This document shows positions 25,937 to 39,100 of a stretch of 64,000 nt of DNA, one piece after another. The notes beneath the pieces were generated by a model that was not told where the DNA came from, did not search any database, and worked only from the letters and a program-made list of their open reading frames with translations. This stretch comes from Balanoglossus misakiensis (lineage: Eukaryota; Animalia; Hemichordata). The stretch's first letter is position 1. Every line of letters starts with the position of its first letter. The stretch lies in NCBI GenBank assembly GCA_040954595.2, contig CM082583.2, positions 11,570,636-11,634,635 on the forward strand. The letters run 5' to 3'. The position numbers were made by a program, and so were the translations under genes.

Positions 25937-27071
25937 TAGATACGAATCACATGATATAGTTGGGTGAAACCATTGTCAGTCGAAGTAGGGGGTTACAGAG
26001 GCATTTAAGGGGGGGGGGAACAATAACCGTAAAAAGTCATTGAGAAATTTTGTTCAATATCTTTGTATAGTTTTATTCATTTGAGGTTTGAGGAAATATA
26101 TCAAGATTAATTGTATGATTATACAGATTATACAATGATCGACCAAGACACTCATAAAAAGACACAAGAAAACCAAACAGGTACATGTAACGAACGGTTT
26201 ACTATGACTGTAGACTTTATTTTCGCTATTAAGAAGTCGCCTGCGACTCACAGGCGAAATTGGTAAGCTATATCTAAACCTCGTTCAAGACCATGAACAT
26301 CCTAAAAGTCAATTGTAGCCCTTTTACTTGTATTCTTTCTGTCGCGGGTAAACACGTGACAACTTTGCATGCTGGGTTCCTTCGCCCGAGCCACTGTATT
26401 GCACTTGCGCACTGGCGGACCGTAGTGCCACAAATCGGCGAAAAAAAAACACACGAGTGGTTGCGATAAGCAGACCTGAACTAAACACAAAAGTAAATAT
26501 ATGTAAAACAACCTTAGTATAAGGAAGAACTAACTCGTCTAGGAAACAAAACGAAATTACAGTAGATCTAGATAGTCATGTACGATATGACAAATGCAGA
26601 TGAATAAAGTGTGACATTTTAATCATAGCTATGAAAAAAATCGGAACAAGTCGTCACAATTGTCAAACAAGCTTTTTCAAGTTATTTTGTGTCAACTGTA
26701 CAGAATAAAATTGTTTTATGTTATGTTATGTTATGTTTAAAACAAAATAAATACTACTGAACTGACATACATGTTATCCCCCAGAACTTTTTCTAGTGCG
26801 AATATTACTAGAAAACACTGCGGTAAAATATGGTCATGTTCTTAACTTCTTTCCATTCATCATTTTTACAGAAGATTTCACTGAAGTTTATTAAACACTA
26901 CGCAAACCAATGTCATCATCAGAAATCCCAGAGGACTGGCGACTTTCCCGGTTGCTGAAAAAAGAAAGAGACGAAAATTTAGTTTCTCTTGTCGTGGGCG
27001 TTTCTACATGTAAGCATCACAAACTACATACTGAGAATAACGCAAGACAAGCTAAAATGGCGGGCGAATAG

Positions 27072-30000
27072 TCAATGATGAATTGCAATGCACAAAACAG
27101 ACAACATGTGTGATAATACTGGTCGGCGATTGACCACAAAACACAGTGGGTAAATAATCGATTCATTTGCAATTTGTGTAGTTGTTTGATCCGAAGTGTA
27201 AGCTTACAGGCAATGGTTTCTAGTTCATGTAGTCGTTACCATGGGATGCAAGCAGTTGTAAGCAAATCACCATGGTGACGTGTAATCCAACTCACCCGCT
27301 GATACGGAGGTTGGAAGGGTTGTGGGAACCTGCGTGCAGCGTTCTTCGTATTCACCGAGACAGGCGGCATATTTGATGACGTGGGCGATGTAGTTCTGTT
27401 CGTGGACATTTTGAAATAAGTGAGAGTATGGTCCATCGGCGTGCACGGACACGTCCTCTCCACCATGTGTCTCCATCTCCAGGGGGACCAGTGAGTCTTG
27501 TACGTAATCGGCTGCTTCTATTATTAAACGAAACAGTATAATAAAAAAAATGAGAGCCCGAATCTTGGGTACGCATGTATCCATGTACAAATGTATTCTG
27601 TATGATACTCTAGAATACACATACTATACTGTAAATGTATCACACTATTTAATTTGCCCGTTGTCAATGACTGCCCAAGATAGGCGGGCCTACGTACCTG
27701 TGTCAACATCGGTCAAGTTAGGCCGGTTTCCTGTGTGGTTGAAACTATCACGGACGGCGTGACCAGTCGGACCGTTTGCATAGCTGAGAGTGGTAAAGGG
27801 AAGTCCATCCTCACCAATATCGCCGGTTTTACCTGAAGAAATTGAAGCAAGACGTCACAAAGTCAGTACACCTCCATGTTTTTAAGCACCTTCTCTGTTT
27901 CTAATCGTTCTAATACATATTCGACCACATAATAGAAGTGGTAATGAAGACGAATGCCCGTTTTTCGTGAGAGAGTACAGCGCCAGCAGCGTGAGAAAGG
28001 GGGTAGGGACTAGAACAGGATCCATTGCCGAGAAGTTGAGAACCCACAAAAGTTATAGCTACTCCTCACCTAAAATCGGGTTTCCTCTTTTCGGATAACC
28101 GCTTATTGTATTCACGTGACTGTGATCAGCTGTGACGATCAGCAGAGTTTCTTCGGCGACCGTTTCCGTCATATTGATAGCCTTCCCGACGGCCTCGTCG
28201 AACGCGACTAGGTCATTGAGGGCGCCATAAGCCCAATTGAAGTGATGCCCGTGGTCGATTCTGCCACCTGTTGCAAAAAAAGTCACGGGGATTGAGTAAA
28301 ATAATCATAAAATGACAAATAACACAAATATACAGAATAAAGCAAGCGAAGATCAGAAAACTACAGCCAAATTCTTTTGAATTGCGTGTATGTACACGTA
28401 TATGTGTGTATGGATGTTACATTTTAACCCAATTTTCAAGAAAAGTCTCTCTCTCTCACATATACACTCACATTAACATTTCTTACCTTCAATAAATAAA
28501 AAGAACCCATTAACGTTTTTACTCAGTATCTGTATCGCTTTTTCTGTCATCTCTGCAATGCTGGGCTCCCCGGCAGTATCGTCGGCCCTGTTGGCTTCGT
28601 ACTGCATGTGAGTATATTCGAAGAGACCTGGACACGTGAATAAACAGATCACTTTAAAGTACAACTGAACATCCTCGACGTATATTCTAGTCATTTTTAT
28701 GAAGATTCAAAATGATTGACATTTATACATAAAGACGTAGACGTTGTTTCATTGTGCATTGCATTTTCAAGTCCTTCATATCGTCAAATCATTGGAAATA
28801 TAGTGCAGATAGTTTACGAGCAGTTGCTGTTGACCGACATCTCTTACCGAAGAGATAATCGGTGTTTGCTGGATCGATGGCGTCAAACTCGGTTTTATTC
28901 CACACATAATGTCCATTTGTCCCATCGGGAACGTTATTTTGCCATTCACTTATCAGGTCTCGTCCATCTTCGCGACGCCCCATCTCATTGGTCTCAGGGT
29001 CAGGCATTGTGTTCGGTAAAAATGACCTCCGACCTCCACCTAATAAGACCTGTATTTGACGTAAAGAATTTTATAGTATAAATGAACAATAACGGAGGGT
29101 ACTAGTATTTTAGTCCGTTGTACTTCATCATCAGTACAGAGGTATCGATATTTGATTGATTTTTAGTGAATGGCTGATTTGTTAGTGATGGGTTAACATC
29201 TGCTCGGACATCAAAAATGCATATTTCAACTCGACAGACAAAACTGACCTGAAAGTCCGCGGCCCTTTCAATCAACTGGGCAGCTATGTCCACACAGTCG
29301 TCTTCGGCAACGGCTTCCCAGTCTCGCTCAGCACTGTGGGCGTATACCGCTGACGGTGAGGCGTGTGACATCCTGGCCGTAGTTACTATGCCTGCAGCTT
29401 TACCTGGTTCAGAGAGAGGGGGCATATTCAGCGACGATGAAGTTGTATTCACATATCGTCCGACCACAATGTCTAAAATGAACATAGCTTGGCTATGGCA
29501 AAGATGGTATTTGCTCGCAATTAGCCATACAGGTGGATCATAAAAGCCTTTTGTTTACTTGGAAATACTGGTATTTTGTCTTGCGTCTGTTGCTTGTTAT
29601 TCATGCATACAGCAGCGCCGTTGCGTTTGAAACTGAAGAGTGGAGTGGGATGTACTGCCGCCATACCTTGAAGGATCGCGTGGTCAAACACTGAGTAGAC
29701 TTCTGCCGTCTTGCCGGAGCTACAGTTGCCCCTTACTGCACTGGTGTCCACGCCAACCGTTCCATAATTTGCTTTGACCCCACTGAAGATGGCGGTGGCA
29801 GTGGCAGACGAGTCTGGTACCTGATAGTCCGCTGGGTATGTCTGAAAAAGAACATTACACGCAAATGTTCATTGTCGCAGTTTTTGTTGTCAGATGCCCC
29901 ATATATGGGCATATTTAGATTAGATGTGACTGTATTCCTTTATTTGTCCTGCGTCATGAGAACCCCCCCCCCTATTTAAATTGCCTAGCCACGCGAATTC

Positions 30001-32130
30001 TCGCAGCATCTCGTGGAGTTCGGGATATGGTCTATTAATGTTGAGAACTCGATATATGAAACCGAACGGCGGATTTGAGCAGAGTGCACTGTACCAACCT
30101 TTATTAGAGCAGTGCGCGGTAACGATTCGAAATTCAGCGAAGTCTCCTCGCCCGATTTGCCGTCAAGTTGACCCTTGTAGATCCTTCCTGACGTTATGGT
30201 AGGAAGCCCCATGCCGTCGCCAAGGAGAACGATCACATTCTTTGCGGTGTTGGTATTCAAGGTTTCCAGCTTTAGCGTCCTCTCCAGTTCTTCCCTCGCC
30301 CATCGATTCCAATCCTCTGCAGCTGGAAGCCAGAGTAACTCTCCGTTATTAAGGATACATGTACATGTAGTGTATTCCTAACAGCATATATTCAGTCAAG
30401 ATTGGACAGTGCATGTCCCTTAAAACCCCGGCAACCCCAACTTTAGACTATTTTCTCAGCTTTGTTGGTACATGTATAACAATTGTGGTTTCTTTTCTAC
30501 TCAGTAAAACAGAAAGCTTAATTGATCAGTTTTTGGTTTATCCACACACGTCCCTCTTTTAATAGGCATCATTATTGTTGAAGACTGTATTCTGTCCGGA
30601 CATGAATTCATTTATCAACAATAACAATGTCCATAAGTCATGTACAGGTTTTGTAGTGGTGAAGGACAGTCCCTCTATTACTGTCATGTATTGGAGGAAC
30701 TCCAGGTAAAGTGAACTGTGGCCTTTACACACGTTCCTGCAACATAATCTTCGTGAATTCATCTCAAACCTTTGTTTATCGCCACGGCAACAGACGGTGT
30801 AGTTTTCTATGTATTTAACGCATGACTTATTTTGTTCTGATAAACGGTAAATAAATGAGACGTCGACAATGGTGTCACTTCAAGGTTTACCGGGCATCCG
30901 GGATCGCCGACAAAGATCCGGTTCACACCGAAATCAATCGCCGATATTATAACAATAGACCCCGGAACTCCAGGGTCTATGTTATAACAGCATGACACAA
31001 CTAAAGAAGTTAGGTAATACTAAATGATCCTGACTTGGATTTCGAATTTGAATGACCATGTGGTGTCGCACTTTTTTTCGCGTGTGCCATCACTGAAAAT
31101 CTGTGATTGGCTGTGTTTCAATACTTCTATGGTGATGGTGGTTAAAACTATATGTACGTGATCGGTGCTTGCGGGCTTCACTTGTTTGTATACCTATACA
31201 TGTACCCTGAATTTCCTTGCAGATCGCATACACAACTCCATCTCAGTGACGAATGCGCATATAAATCGCGGATTAAGTCGAGCATACACAAGATCATGCA
31301 GCAAAAAGGTAAATCTTAGGAGCTTTAGAGTATTTGAAAATTTTAGTCTGTCCTGCTTATGACATTTCTTCGTGCGTTTTGGGCGGCGTTCGTGCGACAC
31401 GTGCGAGTTTGCTGGAAAAAACACTCGACTTATCAGTTGAATTCAATTAATTGTTAACATCTGAACTGGTGACTCTAAAAAGTCTGACCACATAGAATTA
31501 TTTATCTTGCCACTGGCAGATAAAGTTGTTTTTCTGAGGAAAGAAAAAACGATGATGATGACGACATCGACTCATGCACGGATATAGCATGTAAGGTCGC
31601 GAAATCATCCAGGCTGGGCTTGACTTGTGCGTTCGCAGCAATGTCTTTAAATTTCAGGATAGTAAAAGATTGTTTTCATTTGCATTGGCGATTCAAAGTT
31701 TTGATGAGTTCGTGGTGATATTTCAACCAAATGAGCCAAATGTGCTGCTTGTCTACAGGTATCGCTCTTGGGCTGAAACTTACATGTCGACCTAAAAAAC
31801 TACTTTCAACGTTTGTTTAAAAAAAGACCCCTGGTTATATTTATCAGCTGCAAGAAACTACCCTAATATTGCCGGGATATACATGCATTAAAATGATCTT
31901 CTGATATATAGTCCACTCCCGTGCCGTGGTGGAGACAAGACTTCGCCAACAGAGCCATCAACGCAGTAAGATAATATTCAGCGTGGACGCACACTTTTCA
32001 GAATATGTACTGATCCCCTTTTAATTTTATTGCACACGCTCACCAAGGACTTACCTTGCGAAAACACAGGACTCAGAAAATCGAAAAGTAAGGTTGCGAC
32101 AAGGCAGCACACAAACCACGCTCTGGCCAT
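27072..32130 (-). CDS. ALP: Alkaline phosphatase paralog 1 (animal type, signal peptide), 9 clear exons plus an ambiguous terminal exon; 3' coordinate uncertain
   Basis: Exon 1 (32130-32055) encodes the signal peptide [25 protein letters not shown]. Later exons give [24 protein letters not shown] (catalytic Ser), [34 protein letters not shown] and [16 protein letters not shown] lies ~100 bp upstream. Confidence 0.95.
30947..30987. repeat. Short hairpin/inverted-repeat element (ATAGACCC...GGGTCTAT); related copy at 62120-62149
   Basis: TTATAACA(A)TAGACCC-loop-GGGTCTATGTTATAA. The second copy reads CATAGACCCT-loop-AGGGTATATG. Confidence 0.6.
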
Positions 32131-32437
32131 CTTGGACGATCGAAAAGTTATAGAGCAACGTGTTTCAGAGGTTTTGCCTGAATGTCACCGGTGGTTGTTT
32201 GGGCTCGGTGCCATCCCCATCATTCTTTTATATAATAGGTGTACCGCGCACGATGATGTCATTCGGGAAGGGGGTTTAAATACCCGGATTTTGTTGATAG
32301 TTATAAATAATTGCTCATTTAAACTGTCTTGTTGTAAATGTGTGTCCGGGTTAACACACTTCTTTCTTCACAAGTCTTAGATCATGCTTAGATCTTGGGG
32401 GAAACCCCCTAACAAAAATTTCATGACAACATGCTGA

Positions 32438-32471
32438 GGTGTGTTTGTGTGTGTGTGTGTGTGTTTATGTG
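32438..32471. repeat. (GT)n microsatellite
   Basis: gtgtgtttgtgtgtgtgtgtgtgtgtttatgtg. Confidence 0.85.
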
Positions 32472-35400
32472 TTACCACAATCTACAAATTAAACAAGAGG
32501 TTTCTTGTAAAATTTGCCATCCGATTACCTGGTATTCATAGTAGGACACCAGTTGTGGTATGCATAAACCTGTCATAGTGCTTTCGGTTTTATCACATGA
32601 GTCAAACTTTGCCGGTCGTAGCTCTCAGCGAAGAAACACAACAATTGTAACAGAAAGCAGACAAATTAGACAGTGAACTTGATCTGGCGTTACAACTTCT
32701 TGGTGAGTTTATCATTAACAAATGTGATTTCTGAGATAACGGGTCACTGTACATGTATATTGTCGCTTAGGATCGTGTGGAAGCTTGTATATGTTGATTT
32801 TTGCCGTCTATGGTGTACTTGTGTTTGTCCTTGACATTGTTGCTCTGCACTGTTGCTTTGTTTTGGTTGTATGGGATGTTACCTAGGCAACTGAGTCACT
32901 CCACGACTACACAGATTGACAACGCAAATCTGTTAAGCCGGCCTTTAGTAAACCTCAACCTGACCAATAACGAGATAGCACGCTTGCAGCCTTGGTGGAG
33001 AATCCGGGTCAAAAATTAAAATTACAAAAACATTGCGTCACGGAAGTCAACAGACTAACCTGGATAAAATCCAACAGGTTATTCTGGTCACTCCACATCC
33101 GTGTTTGGACAGAATGTCTGAGGCCTAGGGTTTAAATCATACTCCAGCAGATCAATCATAACATGTAGTGAATTATTAATACGGCTCTATATGTCCGTCT
33201 CAGAACCAAAACTTCGTCGGTATAGGAGAGTTGGCTCTAACCGAAGAATAAACGACAATGAAAGACAAACGTACGCTACGCTTTCGATAATGGAATAGGT
33301 GGTGATTGGACTTGACAATTCCAGCAGATGGCAAAATCGTTTCTGGGGTCCGGAAGTCCCTAAAAACCCCTTTTTGTCCACATTCCGTTATCATGCTAAC
33401 AAACCCCTCTGTTTGGCATTTGCCAAACACGCAGATGCAGACAAGGGGACAATGCAGATGAAGTTTACAGAACAATGAAGGAATTTTGGGCGTTTTGATC
33501 GGCAGTATCGGATGTCATTAACGAGGAACGTTATCTATCCAAATATATTGTATAAATTACATGTTTAAATTAATGTTTTGGGCACGCAATGAGATACCGG
33601 GTTCTGTGTTCCGTAAACCTGCGAATGACACGCCTTTGCAATGAGGCTTGTAAGACAGGAAATTTCACAAAAACAAAATATGTATTTCGAGATATCCGCC
33701 AAGTACGTCCGTGTGCGAGTGCTTCATCTGATGAAATATTTGGACACGCACTCAGCATATCCGGTTGTAAATGAATTTTGAGTAATGGCCATCTATCAAT
33801 TAATCAAACAAAATGACATTTTTATCTCTACACCTCTCAACCCCGCCACACCACACCTTAAAATGGAAACGGAGGGGGGGGGGGGAAGTTCGTCAGGATT
33901 CTTATTTCTGCCTCTCATCAGACGCCCATCCTGTCGTCCACCCACCCACTGGTCTTCACTCATCACCTGATCCAATCAACCTCACATGATGCCAGTACTA
34001 ACTGCTTCTCACCTGAGACACCCCGGTTGATCATACAGTGGTCAGCGCGTACACTTCTGTTTCGTTTTCCTTATCACTAATTTGATTTGATTTATCAAAA
34101 AAAAAAACATTCATTACTGTGTCGCATACCATTACATTGGTCGGGTTCTCATTATGATAAATGTGTTTCTTTGCCGGGAACACAAACACGCTCATTTAAA
34201 TGCCACTTGCTCCAATGTCGGACGTTAATTTTCACACAAAAAGACGGTTCATATCCAACCGCCTCCAACATTTATCAAGCTCAAACGTCTAATCAGTTTG
34301 TTCGGGTCTTTCCGTGGTTGCAATTAAGTGTATAAACCAAACAGATCCACTAGCACGTTCAATGCTCTGTGTGCAATCTTGCACACATACTCGGCAAGAG
34401 AGTCACACTACAAAACATACAAAGTATGACGGGTTATAGTGTTCCTTTTCTCTAGAGTTACTTCCTTCAAGTCGGTTATACCCCCACCAATAGACTCCCT
34501 GCAGCAAAACGGATCACGCGATTGAACAAGCTTCCAGAAGTAGTACATGCAGTACAAATAAGACGATAGCATCTGCGGTTTCCACGTATCGATCGTACCC
34601 ATTTGCGTTCTTGGAATTCGCTTTTTTTAGAACCTTACCACTCTGAGGCAAACTCTCCTTTTCAATTTGTGGTGTGCGTAATATTTCCTTATTAGGAGAG
34701 GGCGCTTGAAAAGACCCGGTCTTCTAGGAGGATAGTAATGCTGGTCAAGCAGTTGTAACGACACCTATTCAGGTCACCGTTATCTACAAGGTATCACGAC
34801 GCGCGCGGGCATAAATTTCTACCAAAGATAGAAACAACTATACTTTAGCTATGGTCGTGCAAACAGAGACAGCAAGAAGGTGCGACCACGAATTAATGAT
34901 TGTTGGAAGTTAGAAATAGTCTGCGAAAGGCTGAAATTCCCGAGGAAGAGGCAAAACCATGCGGGCCAAAAACATAGTTGGCATTGGCTTCTACGGGACA
35001 GGCGGCGGGAAATCGGATACGGATAACATTGAATTTCTCCCCCGTCAGATCCTGGAGTCAAAATGATACCTTATAAGGCATAGCGATCTTGACAGACTAT
35101 ATGCTAGCTGCCACGCGGTATACTAAAACATGGTAATGACTATGAGTGATTGCGCGTCACTTATAGAGGGTGCCGGGTCGGGGTGATTCACGCTTGGTGT
35201 TCGTGATCGTTGCGGTCACTGCCACTCTCCATGCAGAGTTCGCCTCGTGCATTGCATTGTATCCTTGTTCTATCACCTTCTACAGAGTTTTGTCTTGCAC
35301 TTTACTTTACTCCAAAGCAGAAAAGTTTAAAATAACGCCACCAACGGCGGGTATAGCAAATACCACTTTCGAAATCGGACATACATATGCGGACGTTTGT

Positions 35401-36120
35401 GGAGTTTTTAAGGCCCCACCAACAATATTTTGAACTAAAGACTGTCGGACGTGAGAGAAAATGGCTAAGCAAAAAGTCATTCGAGGAATTTGGACAGCTG
35501 ATTTCTCTCGTGTGCGCCAGACTGTGTGCCGTTGACGGTTATTTAACAAAATATGTATTGTGTTTCATAATTTTTCCTTTCCTGACTAAGAAAATTACTC
35601 AAGATTGCCGCACACTCCGGAGAAAATAGCTTAGAAGAAGTCCCTAATAAATGACTTTCTGTTCAGCCACAGTCTCTCAATCGGAGGGACTGTGGGCTCA
35701 CCTAATTTTACTCGTTTGCGGCAGCATTTCAACCTAGCGGGCACAGAGCTTTCCGCGTGACACTGACCAAATATAGGTCAACGTCAACCTGACCCAGTGG
35801 CGTCTACTTGGGTGATTCCAATTTGATTGATTCAGGGGACACTGTCAGTGAACACAACGTACTCCTGTATAAAAGATCCACAAACAAAACAATCAAATAT
35901 CACAATGTATACAGATATTCGACTTTTATACCCTCAGTAATACGTACAGTATGAAATATTTGCAAAGTCACATTGTTAATTTTCAACAGCGGCACCAACC
36001 TCCCTAATGTTAATGGTTGAATTGTTGATAAAAGAAAGGGCGGCGTTTGGGTGACTCGTTTGACACTGACTTACTATAAAGTGGGGCTGGGGACAGCTAC
36101 GTCTAAAGTTTCCGCTAGAA

Positions 36121-39100
36121 ATGGCGAAGATCAAACCCAAAGAGCTGGTATACGCTGTCGCCTTGACATTGGTGTTGCAATCGAGTACCGCGAACGCCCA
36201 GAACGTCTTAGACGGAACATTTGCAGTGTTAGGTCGAGCCCTCCAGCCCAATGTTACAAATCCAACCAACCCTCTGGAAAACGTGACCGCACAATGTTAC
36301 TGGGACACCGCACAGTTCATGGGGGATTTACTTGCCTCGGACACGTACGCCAGTAGAAGTAAGTATTTTCAATTTTGGTATCAGCCGACGTGTGCGTCAA
36401 CAATCGAAGTGTCTATTTGGGTTGTCAACGGTCAAATGTTTGATCGGCCCATAGAACCCACAGCCAGAACAGCCAGACAGTTTGCCAAGCCAAGCCCTTA
36501 TTTGCATGTATTAGCATATCAACAGAGAAGAACGCCCTCTCTGTCCAAAATGTTATGTGTAAACTTAGACGTTTTTTAGACGCGCTTTTCACTGACATAC
36601 TTGAAACGTATGTTGAACTTTGTCACATTATATTTTAGTCTGCTGTGAAACTTTCCTTTAATTTTTTTATCGTTACTCAACCACAACTTTAGTTCTGATG
36701 ATAGTAGCTACAACTTTTTATAATTATTGTATTAAATAATATTGATTTTGGTGACAAGCTGAATTCATCTCAAAATAATTCAGATCAAGAAAAAAACATA
36801 AAATAAGTTTGTTTTCCATTGTGAAATTGTTCATCAAATGTTTGACCTTTATTTGTTTCAGTGTACTTCTCCAGTGGATCATTTCGAAATGATTATGAAT
36901 TCACTTGGAATGTAAAAGATGTTGGTGATTACACCATGTGCAGGACAACAGATCCACGCGAGTCCTTACGTTCATTTACGTCCAAATACTGCCTCACTGA
37001 AACGACTGTCCATGTGGTTTGTATACTTTTATGATATTTTTTTTATTTTCACCAAAATGGGGAACTTCAGCATTTCAGATCCAAAGCAGTTACCCCATGA
37101 CTGTATAAACACTGTGACAGTTTGTTTGATGTACAAAATTTTTACAGAAATATTTCTTATGAAACATTTTCTTTTTCTGTGTGTTGACATAGACATACTC
37201 TATAACTATGGCAGTGTGCTTTCCAAACTCCTGCACAGAAGAAGATATACAACTACTTGTTTTAGAGGGTAAGTCATTCTCGGTGTACTTGCATAGCTGT
37301 GGTAGATGGATTTCATTTTAAACCATTATGCACAGTTGTGTTTGTTTGTTAGCTAGGTCATGTGGAATTAATTTACATATTCTGGTATCTAATTACAGGA
37401 TATAAGGAGGGATTTCCATTTGGGGAGCTGTCACCATGGGCTTCTACAACCACCCTATGTTCGTATGATTATCCTTTTACAGCTGGAGACATTGTGGCAT
37501 GGTAGGTAATTCCCCTCTGATTTTAAATCATGTGTCATAGAGGATGGTAACCCTTACAGCCAAAAAGGTTACGCCTGTCTTTGATTTGTCCCACAGTTTG
37601 CCGAAAACCTATACCCCTAGACCAGAGTTACATTTGTTTGTTTTTTTAAGCATAATATGTGTTATTGTTTTGTTGTTGTTTTTCAGCCTAATATGCATAA
37701 CATTGTTGATAGTGATAACCATGGCTACAATCTATGACGTTGTACAACGAAGAAAGCAAAAACCATGGGAGGTTGTCTCCACCGATGACATCGTCATGGA
37801 TGTCCAGGATCAGAATAAAGATGTCGCAACGCCAGGAACAGAAGCAAACGACCATCCCGTAATGCCCGAGATATCGGTCGAAGAACCAGCTCAGCCATCA
37901 CGTACTAAGAATACCAAGGAAAACAAAAGTATTGTTTGTCTTGGATTCTTTTTATTAACTATTCGTCTAATTTCATTTTGTTGCCAAAAGCAAGTTGTAA
38001 AGTACATGCAGCAATAATTCTTTTCCCAACAGGTCAAACATCTGCCGAAAGTTTTATCTACGTAACCAAGGTTACAAATGATTCTGTCAATTTAATATGC
38101 ATTTTCTCCATTCAGGCAAAATGATTGGCGTACTTCTGGCCTTCTCGGCTCTTGACACTGGCAGCAAAATACTGAACACCACTCCGAGCAAAGGAAGCAT
38201 TAGCTGTTTGAATGCTATCCGTGTTCTGAGCATGTTTTGGATTATTCTCTATCATATCTGGTTACTCCTTGCCTCAAGTTCTACTTTTGTTGGTGAGTAT
38301 TTGCCTTCTCAATCTCAGTCTCTACAGCCATCGGAGAAAGCTTCTGTCTGTGTTGAGGGAGAACCATTCAGATTCCAATGAACATGCATACACGTTGACA
38401 TATTTACGATCACATTCTTGTCGTTTAAAAGAAAATCCTCGCCAGTTGCACGAGATGAATGCCGATCCTAAGTCTGCAATTCTTAGGTATGGAGAGTTGG
38501 GAGTGGAAGCCTTTTTCGTACTTGGGTAAGTATTATGTAGTCTGAATTACAAAGTACATTGCAATTTACAACAGAGCCCTCAAAAGGCAGGAATTGAAGA
38601 AGTTTGGGAGAGACATTGTCAAATTCATGTGATTTGGTAGCATTTGCAGGTGAAAGTCACATCTTGATGATTTTATTTCCATTTCAGTGGTCTGCTGGTC
38701 TCGTACGTCACTCTGAAGAACTTTGACAAGTTTGGCAAACCGCGAAACCCTCGATGGTGGCTGTTGTTTTTCCTGCACCGATATTGGAGGCTAACACCAG
38801 CCTATGCATTAGTCTTATTGATATATTGCACTGTCCTCCTGCACATGAACAATGGCATCTGGTGGATATATATTTTCGGATCTCAGAAAATATGTCATGC
38901 GACTTGGTGGGCAAACCTGCTTTATGTGAACAACTTATATCCCAGTGAGGTACGAGATGTCTCTTTTAAACCATTATTTATGTATGTTCCACAAGCATGC
39001 TGAAATGCAAGTATTTCATTTTGTATATTTAGGCCCAAGGATATCAGTCATTATGACTAAAGGCTGGTTAACTGTGTGATCACTGTGTCGCTGTTTGTTG

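Noticed and set aside
37399-37690. Apparent frameshift or stop in the NRF6-like gene
   Set aside because: Re-reading shows the exon at 37399-37501 ends in phase 2 and joins the next exon in frame (GDIVAC-LICITLL), so the gene appears intact.
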